From a virus (Duplodnaviria > Caudoviricetes): DNA of 48,829 bases. Positions 36,620-47,329 of the stretch are shown here, piece after piece. Under the pieces are notes generated by a model. It searched no databases. It had not been told where the DNA came from and worked only from the letters and a program-made list of their open reading frames with translations. A program made the position numbers and the translations under genes. Every line of letters starts with the position of its first letter. The first letter of the stretch is position 1. The DNA lies in IMG/VR virus record IMGVR_UViG_3300047187_000002, positions 1 to 48,829 of that record. One strand, 5' to 3'.

Positions 36620-36995
36620 TGATGTTCTCAAAGAGAATGAAGAGACCATTCTTGATATGAACAGATCGCAGATGTATGATGAAGGAGTGATGAATATAAA
36701 CAATCCGGGGACAGTAGAACATTATTCACCAGCAACAATAAAGAATAAAAAAAGAGCACCATTTAACAAAACAGAATTTATTACCCTGAAGTGGATGGGT
36801 AATTTTCACAAGGCGTTAAAGTTAATAATATTTAAAGACACATTTTTAATTTCAAGTGATAACAGAATATGGGCAAATTTCTTAGAACCCCAGGACAGAT
36901 TCGAGAGTGCATTGGGGATGACAGAGAAGTCAAAAGGAGAGTTAAGGGAACTAAGCCGAGACGAATTAATAAAAAAGATAAAGAGTGAGTTATGA
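36561..36995 (+). CDS. Neck/tail-completion protein (putative)
   Basis: Start MTITEKL; YSPATIKNK..ITLKWMGNFHK; head-tail position. Confidence 0.5.
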   Translation: MTITEKLSHLKAINIKTLFDDVLKENEETILDMNRSQMYDEGVMNINNPGTVEHYSPATIKNKKRAPFNKTEFITLKWMGNFHKALKLIIFKDTFLISSDNRIWANFLEPQDRFESALGMTEKSKGELRELSRDELIKKIKSEL

Positions 36996-37669
36996 GCATA
37001 CGGACTCCAGTCATACCGACATTAATATTAAAGGGTCTTGAAGCAAAGATTCAGATCATCCAATTAAATATGGTATCAGGATTGTCATGGCTCTCTAAGT
37101 CATTTGGTTTAGCTGATAGGATTGTCGAGATGAAAGATAGCAAGCCTTTTATATTCCCGGCTGCCTTTGAGTCAAATGTTAAAAGTCCTATCTCAATGCT
37201 CCCGTGTGATGTGTGGAGTTCATTTGCTTTCTGGATAAAGAACAGTGAGGCAAAGTTTGACTTTGATGACAATTTCCCCCCGAAAAATCCTTTACTTATT
37301 TATGATGTCAGTTGTATATTTTATATGGATATTCATAAGATAGATAATACAATGACTTATAAAGAAACGAAATCTAAACTTATTGAAGATATATTTCATT
37401 TCTTCAATACTCTTCAGTTTCCGGGGATGCTTATAGCAAAGAAATTCATAGAAGATGATATAACAAAAGTCTATGAAGGATTTACGCTCGATCAATTTGA
37501 TAACCGTTTTAAGATGTATCCTAAATGGGCTTGCAGGTTGGATTTTGAATTGAGTTTCCGGGATAGTTGTTATTCTGGAAATAATTATTCATTAATAACA
37601 GGATCGCAAACGGCAGATACTACATATTATACAGCAGATAATACATTAATAACAGCAGACACAGAATGA
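36992..37669 (+). CDS. Tail terminator/neck protein (putative) with TAD-repeat tail
   Basis: Position; ends TADTTYYTADNTLITADTE. Confidence 0.5.
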   Translation: MSIRTPVIPTLILKGLEAKIQIIQLNMVSGLSWLSKSFGLADRIVEMKDSKPFIFPAAFESNVKSPISMLPCDVWSSFAFWIKNSEAKFDFDDNFPPKNPLLIYDVSCIFYMDIHKIDNTMTYKETKSKLIEDIFHFFNTLQFPGMLIAKKFIEDDITKVYEGFTLDQFDNRFKMYPKWACRLDFELSFRDSCYSGNNYSLITGSQTADTTYYTADNTLITADTE

Positions 37670-39090
37670 TACCGACACACAGTCCATGCATAAAAGGTGA
37701 TTCTGCTTATACTGTAGCAGTTCAAGAAGGTTTTGTTGGGACTAAACCTGAATGGCTTTTGTCTTTAAAAGGCGAACCGGGTTCTATATCAACTACTCAG
37801 ATAGCAACTATTGTTTCTCAGGTTCCCATCCCTGATATATCCGGCAAGGTTGATAAAGTTACTGGCAGCGCTCTTGTGCCAACTACTGAGATAGCGAAGA
37901 TACATTCTCCGGGCTCAGACAACCAAAATTTATCTAATCTGGTTGTAAAAGAAACAGGTAAATCCTTAATTAATGATCTTTTGATTCACGCTCCAGGATC
38001 AGATAATCAGGACTTATCAGAATTACAACCTAAAGAATCAGGTAAGGGACTTTCAACAAATGATCTGACAGTAGGATTAAAAACAAATTATGACGGGGCT
38101 GTTACACATGCGGGAAGTTCACACGCACCGAGTAACGCACAAAAAAATAGTGATATTACCAAAGCAGAAATTGAAGCAAAATTAACAGGTGAATTAACTT
38201 CACATACGCACGCAGGTAGCGGATTGACTCTTGGTGAACTTTCGACAAATGCTTATTATGGTGATAAAGGAAAAGCGGCCTATGATCATTCGCAGACATC
38301 GCATGCAAATCCAGCAGCAACGGTTGGGGCTGACTGGAATACTAACGTATCAAACAAACCTACAATTCCGGCAGCACAAGTTCAGACAGATTGGAACGCC
38401 TCATCAGGCATGGGTCAATTGCTTAATAAACCTACAATCTCAGGATCAAATACAGGTGATGAAACGGCTGCACGAATAGCCACAATAATAACAGGGACAG
38501 GGGCACAGACAACTCCATTAGATGCTGATGAATTTCCTTTTTATAAGATAGTCGGCACAATACTTTCAAAAGTCACGTGGGCAAACATTAAAGCAACTTT
38601 AAAAACTTATTTTGATACTTTGCATAATTCAATAAGGTTGTTTATCAATTTAATAGCTGCAGTTGTTTCATCGGGCACAACTGAAAAGATATTACTTCAA
38701 TTACAAATACCTGCCGCACGTGCAGTTGTCGGTTCTACATTTCGGATGCGGATTATTGGTAACTCATCTAGCACTGGAACTTTGATTTTTAAAGTACGAT
38801 GCGGGGCTGGTGGAACCATAACAGATGCTATTGCATGGACAGCTATAACATCCGCTGCACAAGTAGCAAATGCCAGAGCAGGATTTGAGGCAATAGTAAT
38901 AGTAAGATCAGCAACTACATTATATACTGATGGACTTGGTCATGCTGCTGCATTAAATTTACCAACCTTTGTAGCGGCTCCGGCTACTTCAGTAATAGCA
39001 ATTTCGGGAATTTGGTATATAAATTTAACAGTGATTTGTTCATCAGGAACATTCACGGCACAAGTAGGAACGATTGAAGAAATAAGATGA
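37666..39090 (+). CDS. Fibre/whisker-like protein
   Basis: KGDSAY..GF.GT..EWL.SLKG; ISGKVDKVTG; GKGLSTND; DWN..NKPTI repeats; HTH metal-knot-like motif. Confidence 0.75.
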   Translation: MIPTHSPCIKGDSAYTVAVQEGFVGTKPEWLLSLKGEPGSISTTQIATIVSQVPIPDISGKVDKVTGSALVPTTEIAKIHSPGSDNQNLSNLVVKETGKSLINDLLIHAPGSDNQDLSELQPKESGKGLSTNDLTVGLKTNYDGAVTHAGSSHAPSNAQKNSDITKAEIEAKLTGELTSHTHAGSGLTLGELSTNAYYGDKGKAAYDHSQTSHANPAATVGADWNTNVSNKPTIPAAQVQTDWNASSGMGQLLNKPTISGSNTGDETAARIATIITGTGAQTTPLDADEFPFYKIVGTILSKVTWANIKATLKTYFDTLHNSIRLFINLIAAVVSSGTTEKILLQLQIPAARAVVGSTFRMRIIGNSSSTGTLIFKVRCGAGGTITDAIAWTAITSAAQVANARAGFEAIVIVRSATTLYTDGLGHAAALNLPTFVAAPATSVIAISGIWYINLTVICSSGTFTAQVGTIEEIR

Positions 39091-39518
39091 GAGAACTTGT
39101 TTTACATAAAGGATTAAAGAGAACAAAGTTAATGCTTTACACAGACATTGACCAGTTGACTGCTGAAAGGTTTTCTAAGATTAATAAGTTCTGGATGCTG
39201 CATGATGAACTAGGAAGTTCTTTCGAAGAGATTGATCGGATTCACATAACAAGACTTATTCTCTCTTTAGATGATAAAGAGAAGGCAAAGAAAGTTATTG
39301 ATAACATGAGAGTACTGATTCATAATATAATCAATGAAGTTAATCCCGAATCGTTGGCTTTCGCTTGTCTGATTCATTCTATTGATGGTGTTGAGGTTAC
39401 GGATTTATCAGATGAGAACTTAAAGAAAATAATAAAATATCTATCAGATAATGGTTTAACAGCAGATACATTAAAAAAAAAACAAAAGAGATTCGGGAAA
39501 ATATCTATGCTGAACTAG
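39087..39518 (+). CDS. Tail assembly chaperone (G-like)
   Basis: Upstream of tape measure; A10 slippery tract 39473-39482. Confidence 0.7.
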   Translation: MRELVLHKGLKRTKLMLYTDIDQLTAERFSKINKFWMLHDELGSSFEEIDRIHITRLILSLDDKEKAKKVIDNMRVLIHNIINEVNPESLAFACLIHSIDGVEVTDLSDENLKKIIKYLSDNGLTADTLKKKQKRFGKISMLN

Positions 39519-39844
39519 AGGCATATTTCCCGGATATCTTTACAAACGTTCTTTCAACAGCTTTTTGGAGCAAGATGAAACAACGCACATTAAAAGTGCT
39601 GGAGGGGATATTAACTGACACGAATGTAGATATGGAAATAGAGAAATCGGACAGGTTTTTTTCTACATTGATTCATCCCAAGAAGTTGACAGGCAAGTTT
39701 ACTGATGAGATACGTTATGAGAATAGTTTTGAGCAGAATTGTATAGTGTTATCGAAGTTCATAAATCAACCTGTAAAGACATTAACAACAAAAGAATATT
39801 TTACTCTTATTCAATTTTATAACGAGCAGACAAAGAAAAGATAA
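39473..39844 (+). CDS. Tail assembly chaperone -1 frameshift extension (GT-like)
   Basis: -1 frame open from the A-tract: TKEIRENIYAELEAYFPDIFTNVLSTAFWSK, running into the 39575 ORF. Confidence 0.75.
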   Translation, partial: KKKTKEIRENIYAELEAYFPDIFTNVLSTAFWSKMKQRTLKVLEGILTDTNVDMEIEKSDRFFSTLIHPKKLTGKFTDEIRYENSFEQNCIVLSKFINQPVKTLTTKEYFTLIQFYNEQTKKR

Positions 39845-41871
39845 TGGCAGAAGAACCGATTCGCAAGGATGATATAATAGATTTAAGTGGGACTCAGGAA
39901 TCCGTTAATGAACTTATAAAGGTTCTTGAGAATCTTGCTACTGTCATGCGTAAGGATGTGAAAGGAGCTGCTGATGAATTAGTGAAATCATTGCAGGGTG
40001 TTAATGTTGCAACAAAAGAAGGGCAAGAGATAGTAAAAAATGCTGCAACAGCATCAGAAAATCTTGCTGCTCAAGACAAAGAAATGTCTAAGATTGACAA
40101 GGAGGTTATTCAGTTAAAAACTCGACTTACCGCTTTGAATACTAATGAGGCTAATGAAGTCGCAAAACTGAAAGTAGCTATCGAAGGCAAGAATAAAGCA
40201 ATGAAAGATTCTGCCCGTCTTGATGATTCTGCTGAAGGGTCTGTCAATAAAATGCGAGCAAGGCTTAAAGAACTAACTGCTGAATATAATAAACTTGGTG
40301 GTGCTGCACGTAAAGAAGCTGCACCTGCCGTTAATAAACTTACCGAAGAACTTAAAAAAGCCGAAGAGGCAATAGGGAATAATACAAGGAGGGTAGGAGG
40401 TTATACTAAATCTATTATTGCTGCCGCTACTAAAATGGTAAGTTTTACTGCTTTGATTGCTCTTGCTTCTAAGGCTTTTAATGCATTAAAAGAATCATTC
40501 TTTGCCAGCGATCAGGGGATCGGTCTATTAGCGAAATGGACAGAAGCATCAAAGACATATATATATCAATTACTTCACTGGCGCAAAATGGAAGGTGGAG
40601 AATTACAATTAGCAATAAGTGCAAGTGCAGAGTTAAATAAACTCCGTACTGAGGAAAGAACTGAGATGGTGAAAGTTGCTAAAATACAAAATGAAATAAA
40701 ACTTTTACGCCTTGATGCTGCTTCTGCTAAAGAGGCAGATCAATTAAAATTATTAACGTTAGCAGATAAAAAAGAAGATGAAGTTATTACCATAGAAACA
40801 GAACATCTTGTAGCGGAAATCAGAGCTTATGAACAATTATGGTTAACAAGAAAAGATGATGCTTCTTTGATGGATATTATCGCTCAGAAAAGAGTAGAAC
40901 TTGAAGGATTAACAGGGGAGAAAAACTTAAGGATAGCAACTAGACTTGCTGTAATAAAAGGGAATATTGAGAAAAAGGGCCTTGCTGATGGAAAGGATGC
41001 GAATGAAGCATACGGGAACTGGGTAATTGCTCATGAAGAATATTTAGAAGCAGAAAAAGAAAGGATATGGGATGAGGGAACAGTGGCTGCTCAATTAGCT
41101 TTTGATCAGAATAAAAAACTGGCAGAAGAAGAATGGAAGTTACATGAAGAATTAAATAAAAAGAAAGAGGAAGATGACAAAAAATATGAAGATTTAAAAA
41201 AACAAAGACTCGGAGAATCATTAACGAGAATCGGGGATTCTTTAAATACTCTTTCTTCTCTTTATGAAGCAAATAAACAAAAAGAACTTTCTGCTGCTGG
41301 AGACAATGCAGAGGCGAGATTGGAGATTGAAAAGAAGTATGCAAAAAAGCAACAGTTATTAGGAATAGGGCAGGCACTTATTAATGGAGCTTTAGCAGTT
41401 ACTGAGATATGGGCTAAATGGGCCAAATTCCCCGTTCTCGCTGCTGTATTCACTGCTTTAACTGTAGCACAGACAGCAGCACAGGTAGCAATTATTAAAG
41501 CACAGAAGTTTGCCAAAGGTGGTGCGGGAGTTCTTAATGGGCCAGTTCATACTTCGGGCGGTATTCAGATACCTGGTATTGGTGAGGCTGAAGGAGGTGA
41601 ACATTTTGCTATCACATCACGGGCGATGACTTCTAAATATGGAAGCAAGACACTTGATGCAATTTCCAATTCTATCAATCAGGGTAAGTTTTTCGAAGTA
41701 TGGTCGAATGTAAATAAGTCAATGGGTACGTCTGATCCTTATACAAAGAAAATGTACGAACTGATGCAGAATACTCCGACTGTTTATACCGATACTCAGG
41801 GCGACACAGTTAAAGAATATCCTAATGGGCAGAAGTATATAATTAAAAGAATGAAAATCTGGAAGAATTGA
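39844..41871 (+). CDS. Tape measure protein
   Basis: 675 aa Ala/Lys/Glu-rich helical; C-terminal FAKGG..GP.H.SGGI..EAEGGE. Confidence 0.8.
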   Translation: MAEEPIRKDDIIDLSGTQESVNELIKVLENLATVMRKDVKGAADELVKSLQGVNVATKEGQEIVKNAATASENLAAQDKEMSKIDKEVIQLKTRLTALNTNEANEVAKLKVAIEGKNKAMKDSARLDDSAEGSVNKMRARLKELTAEYNKLGGAARKEAAPAVNKLTEELKKAEEAIGNNTRRVGGYTKSIIAAATKMVSFTALIALASKAFNALKESFFASDQGIGLLAKWTEASKTYIYQLLHWRKMEGGELQLAISASAELNKLRTEERTEMVKVAKIQNEIKLLRLDAASAKEADQLKLLTLADKKEDEVITIETEHLVAEIRAYEQLWLTRKDDASLMDIIAQKRVELEGLTGEKNLRIATRLAVIKGNIEKKGLADGKDANEAYGNWVIAHEEYLEAEKERIWDEGTVAAQLAFDQNKKLAEEEWKLHEELNKKKEEDDKKYEDLKKQRLGESLTRIGDSLNTLSSLYEANKQKELSAAGDNAEARLEIEKKYAKKQQLLGIGQALINGALAVTEIWAKWAKFPVLAAVFTALTVAQTAAQVAIIKAQKFAKGGAGVLNGPVHTSGGIQIPGIGEAEGGEHFAITSRAMTSKYGSKTLDAISNSINQGKFFEVWSNVNKSMGTSDPYTKKMYELMQNTPTVYTDTQGDTVKEYPNGQKYIIKRMKIWKN

Positions 41872-43622
41872 GAGCAACTTATTACATATCATTTGACGGG
41901 GTTAATTACTCACAGTTTTATCCTTCCAATGAGCCAAAGGTTAAATTGACTCAAGAACCGGGTGAAATATTCAAACGCTGGAGGGTTGACTCTTTCAAAA
42001 TAGGTGCAACAAAAAATGCTTCTATTTATTTCGACCTATTACATTATTTCTTCGCTTCGAATCATTATACTACTGATATAGGTTATCAGATAAAAGAAAA
42101 CGGTATTACTACTTTCGAGTTCATTGGGCCAGTATTGCTAGGAAAAATAAATACTGAGACTTCTGTTTATGAATGTGCTCCTGATCCTGATGATGCTTAC
42201 CGGGATATTATGCTTCAATATGAAACTAAATGGCAGGATAGGGCAGCCGGTTATCTTTTTGGGCATGGATCTTCATTTTATGTTGGCATAAATCCTGATC
42301 CTAATATATTTTCAAACCTTAACCCAGGGCATCCGGGAGACTTTACAGGCTGGTCTGATGTTACCGGGGCAGTTGGTTGGGCAAATAACGGAGAGGGAAT
42401 ATGTAAGGCACGCAATACACTTATTATGGGTCAGGAAGCAATTATTAAGATTACTGCTTTCTCAGGCGATAGTATCATTCTCAGAAGCGTTGATGCAGGA
42501 GGTACTCCTATTGCAAACGTAACTATAAATGCAGTTGGAGACTATCCTATTGATTGTGGGGGAGCTACTTATATGGAAGCATATAACAATTCAGGGACTT
42601 TAAAAACAGGATCATTCACATATAAGATTTTCGAACTTGGTGGTGCAGATGACGAAACTGGTGGTAATTATGTCCAGCATCTTCTTGATGCTGTCCTTAA
42701 CGGGGCTTCGTACATGAATCTAAGCATTGCAACAATATACTCGACAATTCTTTGGGACAATGCCTTAGATTCTGATGCACCTGAGAATATCAGTTATATT
42801 CCTGGTAAAGATTATGTAACCGGAGTCAATGCAATATGGAAGTATCTATGGTTAATGCGGACAGATGGGTTTACGACATGGAAGGATAACCTTGTTGAAA
42901 CTTCTCTAAAGGATGTAATGGATATTTTAAAATATAAACTAAGGTTATTCTGGTTTATTGATTCAGACGGTTATTTCAGGATAGAACATGAAAAATATTT
43001 CAGAAGTTTTGATCCTCAGTTGACGGTTTCAACTTTTGCAGCAGACAAACCGGAAATAGATAATAAGGTTTATAACTATTCTGTTGCAGATGTTTATAAG
43101 CAAACAAACTATTCCGAAAGTAATCAATCAAACGAAGACTGGATTCCTTACCCTCACATATTTACTCAAAATGTAAATAAAGCAATTCAGGATATTGGTG
43201 TTTCAAATTTGACTACTGATATAAAATTTATAGTTGACAATCCGACAACTGCTTCCGGTAGCGGATATGCATTGCTTAGGATGGTCACAGGATTAAGTCA
43301 ACCTGCTGTTTCTATTGATGCCTCAGATATTACAGCAACTAACTTTTATTTAAATACTCTTTTAGGATGGCATTATATCTTAAAAAGTTACCATTCTTAT
43401 TTTGCTTCAGCAAATGTAGGGACAGTTAACAATGCGGCTTATACATTCGATCATGTAAAAGAATATCTGACACAAGAAGGAATTAAGTTTCATCCTACTG
43501 CTGTTATAGATTGGCGCAGACCTATTACCACAGAGAATGGAATTGGATGGATTACAAGTGCAGAATATTCACCGGAGACAGGAATGATTACTATTAATGT
43601 AGGTTATAATCCTTACGCATGA
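41868..43622 (+). CDS. Tail tip/baseplate protein
   Basis: Directly after TMP; FWFIDSDGYFRIEH. Confidence 0.6.
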   Translation: MRATYYISFDGVNYSQFYPSNEPKVKLTQEPGEIFKRWRVDSFKIGATKNASIYFDLLHYFFASNHYTTDIGYQIKENGITTFEFIGPVLLGKINTETSVYECAPDPDDAYRDIMLQYETKWQDRAAGYLFGHGSSFYVGINPDPNIFSNLNPGHPGDFTGWSDVTGAVGWANNGEGICKARNTLIMGQEAIIKITAFSGDSIILRSVDAGGTPIANVTINAVGDYPIDCGGATYMEAYNNSGTLKTGSFTYKIFELGGADDETGGNYVQHLLDAVLNGASYMNLSIATIYSTILWDNALDSDAPENISYIPGKDYVTGVNAIWKYLWLMRTDGFTTWKDNLVETSLKDVMDILKYKLRLFWFIDSDGYFRIEHEKYFRSFDPQLTVSTFAADKPEIDNKVYNYSVADVYKQTNYSESNQSNEDWIPYPHIFTQNVNKAIQDIGVSNLTTDIKFIVDNPTTASGSGYALLRMVTGLSQPAVSIDASDITATNFYLNTLLGWHYILKSYHSYFASANVGTVNNAAYTFDHVKEYLTQEGIKFHPTAVIDWRRPITTENGIGWITSAEYSPETGMITINVGYNPYA

Positions 43623-44419
43623 GAACAATATTTGGAAGTTTGCCTTTTTATGATTCTCTGACAAAACAAGATGTCACCAGGACAAATGCTGTTGTGCCTA
43701 TTTATTGTCCTCAAAACAAACTTCCATCTTTTGAACTTTGCATGGGTGCTGGTAATGTTGCTACTGTCAACGTTGCTACTGTCACTTCTGTTAAATTAGT
43801 TTCTTGCACGGGGACAGAAAAAGAAATAATAAGTTATTTTAATATTGCACCAAAAGTATATCACCCTACTGCACTTGATTTTAATACTTATATAAAATAT
43901 AACGGGAATGTAATGACTCTCGATATGCCATTGGGAGTATATTATGTTAAACTTGCCGGGTCTGGTTATACTTATTATTCGGATTATATAAGGATAGATA
44001 AGGCAACAAATCTATATACAAAATTTATAAAGATTGAATTTTATAATACCGATAATATCGGAGATTTACTTTATGAAGATTCATTTTTTCAAACAGTATG
44101 GCTTAAAGGCGCCCTTAATAATCCTACACATGAAATGGTTAATGTAGGTGAGGAGAAAGATGGGATATTCATAGCTGAGAAGATTGTATCAAAATACATT
44201 TATTCGATAATTGCTTATGTCTCAAGGGGTCTTTATAATTGTCTTATAAGATTGCCTCAGCATGATACTATCACAATAACAGATGAGGTAGGAAATATCT
44301 ACACTCCGGCAGTGGGAAATATAATAGTTGAACCGGCAGAATGGGTCAGTTATGAAACTTGTAAATTGACAATAAAATTTAATGATGGTGCAAATAGTAA
44401 TTTTTCATGGGTAAAATAA
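43619..44419 (+). CDS. Tail tip structural protein
   Basis: Beta-rich, tail module. Confidence 0.55.
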   Translation: MRTIFGSLPFYDSLTKQDVTRTNAVVPIYCPQNKLPSFELCMGAGNVATVNVATVTSVKLVSCTGTEKEIISYFNIAPKVYHPTALDFNTYIKYNGNVMTLDMPLGVYYVKLAGSGYTYYSDYIRIDKATNLYTKFIKIEFYNTDNIGDLLYEDSFFQTVWLKGALNNPTHEMVNVGEEKDGIFIAEKIVSKYIYSIIAYVSRGLYNCLIRLPQHDTITITDEVGNIYTPAVGNIIVEPAEWVSYETCKLTIKFNDGANSNFSWVK

Positions 44420-44436
44420 TTTAAAAAGATAATAAA

Positions 44437-44730
44437 ATGGAAAAAATTAGTTTAGCAAGAATGACAGGTCAGGCAAATTCAACAAGTAAACAACAGTTTA
44501 TGCAAGTTGCCACAACCGATGCAGTAAGTGTTCGTTTTTGGGCTTTTACTGCTCTTGGCGGTAATGCTGTTCTCTCATTATTAACAAATGATGGCACTAC
44601 GCCTTCGTCTGCTCTTGGTTATTGGAACGGAGGCACAAAGACAGCTTATCAAGACCAACTTTATACAGGGCAATTTGCGGCCATAAAACTCGTTTCTGGT
44701 ATTGTTAAACTTGAATTAGGCGAACAATAA
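44437..44730 (+). CDS. Small beta-rich structural protein (spike-base-like)
   Basis: 97 aa, ends GQFAAIKLVSGIV. Confidence 0.45.
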   Translation: MEKISLARMTGQANSTSKQQFMQVATTDAVSVRFWAFTALGGNAVLSLLTNDGTTPSSALGYWNGGTKTAYQDQLYTGQFAAIKLVSGIVKLELGEQ

Positions 44731-44731
44731 A

Positions 44732-47329
44732 ATGAAAAAATTAATCTTATTATTTATTTCGTTGGCATTTGCCTCTGTCAGTTACGGGCAGTTAACTCTT
44801 ATAAATGTAGGTGTTTCGCCCAACGATCATACAGGAGACACGTGGCGCAATGCTTTTATAAAAGTAAACTTAGGCTTAACGCAGACTAATACCAATACAA
44901 CTGCATTGACTCTAAAAGCACCTATTACAAATGCCTCACTGCTAGGTTTGACGAATATTAACAGGTTATCGGTAGGTAATCCATTGAGTAATACTAAATG
45001 TATTCTCGATTCAATTTCTACAGTAGGAGGTAATATTTATTTTTATAGAGCAGGTACAATTCTGACAGCCGTACCAGGGACGGGTTCAGCGGTATGGGGT
45101 GCAATATCAGGTACTTTAGCCAACCAGGTTGATTTGCAGAATGCTTTAAATGCTAAGGGTTCGGGTACTTTAGTTGCTCATGATACTACACATTTATCTA
45201 ACAGGATTAATTTGAAAGGATCAGGGACACTTGTCGCTCATGATACAACTCATCTGTCAACACGAATAAATCTAAAAGCAAATACAAGTGCTTTGGCAGG
45301 ATATGTACCGGTAACGACAACTGTTAATGGACATTATCTTTCGAGCAATATTGCTGTGACGGCAGCTGATTTGAGTCTTGGAAATATAAAAACAGGGATA
45401 TTTAATATTCTTGACTATGGAGCCATTTCAAATGATGGTTTAGAGGATAATACAGCTATTCAGTTAGCCATAGAAGCTGCTTATGCTTATGCAATTTCAG
45501 GAAGTCCCGGTACTGCCGGTAAGGTAATAATACCTTCGGGTAAGTGGTATATAACAGCACCCGATACACTTCGCAGTTATGTAGAAATAGAAGCAGGCCC
45601 CGGATCAAGATTTTATACTAGTTCTGGTTATACGGGTGCTTTCTTTGTAGCTCCTCATGCACAGGCATTGGAACATCCTATTGTAAATGGGGGGCATTAC
45701 AGGGGTGCAACAAATAAAATTGGCAACTGGATTGATCTTGTTGATAATAATACAGGTAATATATTTTGGTGTCAATTTATGAATGCTGAAGTAGCCTATG
45801 TAGATAATGTGATAAAACTTGATGGTTCCATCGGTGGTAATTCAAATAATTCTACACAATTAAGTAATATTACCGCACTTGAAATGAGAACATTTTCAAC
45901 TTTCAAAAATTCATCTGGTAATACATTTAGTAATATCCAAATACAGACTGATGCAGATGCAGATTCACTTTTTATTTTTAGAGATGGCTCTTCTGCTAAT
46001 TCCATAACAAATGTGACAGTATGGGATTATACGGGATTAGATGCTTATTTTGCTCATGGGTGTAATGATAATTATATTCAACTTAATGGCGGAACATCTA
46101 CGATAGAAAATGCCATTGTTGATGATGGTGAATGGAATAGTTATGACCTTCAGGGCGTGGGAGACAGAACAAATATGATAATAAAAAGAGTACAAGATTA
46201 TGATCCTTACGGCCCTGTTTTATATTTTCAAAGACAAAAAGAAGTTGCAACCACAAGAAATGTAGATATAAGTACCATACTGGGTCAAATAGACTTCCAG
46301 GGATGGCATACGGGAGCATATTATTCAGGAGCTCAGATTAAGGCCAAATTATCTGGTAATGTTAGTGCAACTGATATGAATACAGATTTGGAATTTTATA
46401 CTACTCCTGATGCTTCGGTAACTCCTGTTAAAAATTTAGTAATTGGTTCTGATGGTGTCATTACAGCCACAGGAACAATTAGTACACCTAAATTAAGTGC
46501 AGTAAATGTTCTTTTAGGTTATTCAACAACAGCAACAGCAGGGACTACGACTACATTAACATCAGCAAGCAATCATCTGCAATTCTTTACAGGTACATTA
46601 ACCCAAACGGTACAGATGCCCGTTACTAATACTCTTGCCTTAGGTTGGCAATTTACTATTTTTAATAATAGCACAGATTTGGTTACGGTCACTTCTTCCG
46701 GTGGAGGAACAATAGTTATTCTGGTAGGTGGAACAAGAGCAATAGTAACTTGTATTCAAGCCTCTGGCACAACTCCTTCAATATGGGATTGTAAATATTT
46801 TGGATTGAGTATTGCGAGTGGTAAAAAACTAACCGCCAGCAATACCTTGACTCTTGTAGGAACGGATGCAACGACAATGACGTTCCCAACAACTTCGGCT
46901 ACGATAGCCCGTACCGATGCAGGACAGACATTTATAGGTCATAATACTTTTGAGGGCGTTACGGCAGCAGGGGCAACAGGAACAACTAATATGGTATTCA
47001 GTTCCGGGCCAACACTTATTTCACCAAATGTTACAGGGACACTTCTTACAGCAGCATTAAAGGTTGGTAGAGTAGCAACGGCAGCGAAAATTGATTCGCT
47101 AAAATTGGATGGTACTGATCTTCATGCTTTCAACGGGACGGATTCTCTTGTATATAAAAACCCTGCCTCTGCAATGCAAGATGTTACCTCTGCGGTTTTA
47201 ATTCATGTAGGGGATACAACGGTAACGGCTATTGTTGGCAGGATAGTATTTAAGACTTCCGACACTCATTTTTACGGATGTAGAAAAACGACTGCAAGTA
47301 CAAAACATTGGTATCAACTTGATAATTAA
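44732..47329 (+). CDS. Tail spike/depolymerase-like beta-helix protein with Sec signal peptide
   Basis: MKKLILLFISLAFASVSYG/Q; anchor-like INVGVSPNDHTGDTWRNAFIKVN; FNILDYGA..DG.EDNT.AIQ.AI..GKVIIPSG. Confidence 0.8.
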   Translation: MKKLILLFISLAFASVSYGQLTLINVGVSPNDHTGDTWRNAFIKVNLGLTQTNTNTTALTLKAPITNASLLGLTNINRLSVGNPLSNTKCILDSISTVGGNIYFYRAGTILTAVPGTGSAVWGAISGTLANQVDLQNALNAKGSGTLVAHDTTHLSNRINLKGSGTLVAHDTTHLSTRINLKANTSALAGYVPVTTTVNGHYLSSNIAVTAADLSLGNIKTGIFNILDYGAISNDGLEDNTAIQLAIEAAYAYAISGSPGTAGKVIIPSGKWYITAPDTLRSYVEIEAGPGSRFYTSSGYTGAFFVAPHAQALEHPIVNGGHYRGATNKIGNWIDLVDNNTGNIFWCQFMNAEVAYVDNVIKLDGSIGGNSNNSTQLSNITALEMRTFSTFKNSSGNTFSNIQIQTDADADSLFIFRDGSSANSITNVTVWDYTGLDAYFAHGCNDNYIQLNGGTSTIENAIVDDGEWNSYDLQGVGDRTNMIIKRVQDYDPYGPVLYFQRQKEVATTRNVDISTILGQIDFQGWHTGAYYSGAQIKAKLSGNVSATDMNTDLEFYTTPDASVTPVKNLVIGSDGVITATGTISTPKLSAVNVLLGYSTTATAGTTTTLTSASNHLQFFTGTLTQTVQMPVTNTLALGWQFTIFNNSTDLVTVTSSGGGTIVILVGGTRAIVTCIQASGTTPSIWDCKYFGLSIASGKKLTASNTLTLVGTDATTMTFPTTSATIARTDAGQTFIGHNTFEGVTAAGATGTTNMVFSSGPTLISPNVTGTLLTAALKVGRVATAAKIDSLKLDGTDLHAFNGTDSLVYKNPASAMQDVTSAVLIHVGDTTVTAIVGRIVFKTSDTHFYGCRKTTASTKHWYQLDN
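45155..45274 (+). repeat. Two tandem 20-codon repeats
   Basis: KGSGTLVAHDTTHLS(N/T)RINL x2 with many synonymous differences. Confidence 0.85.
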
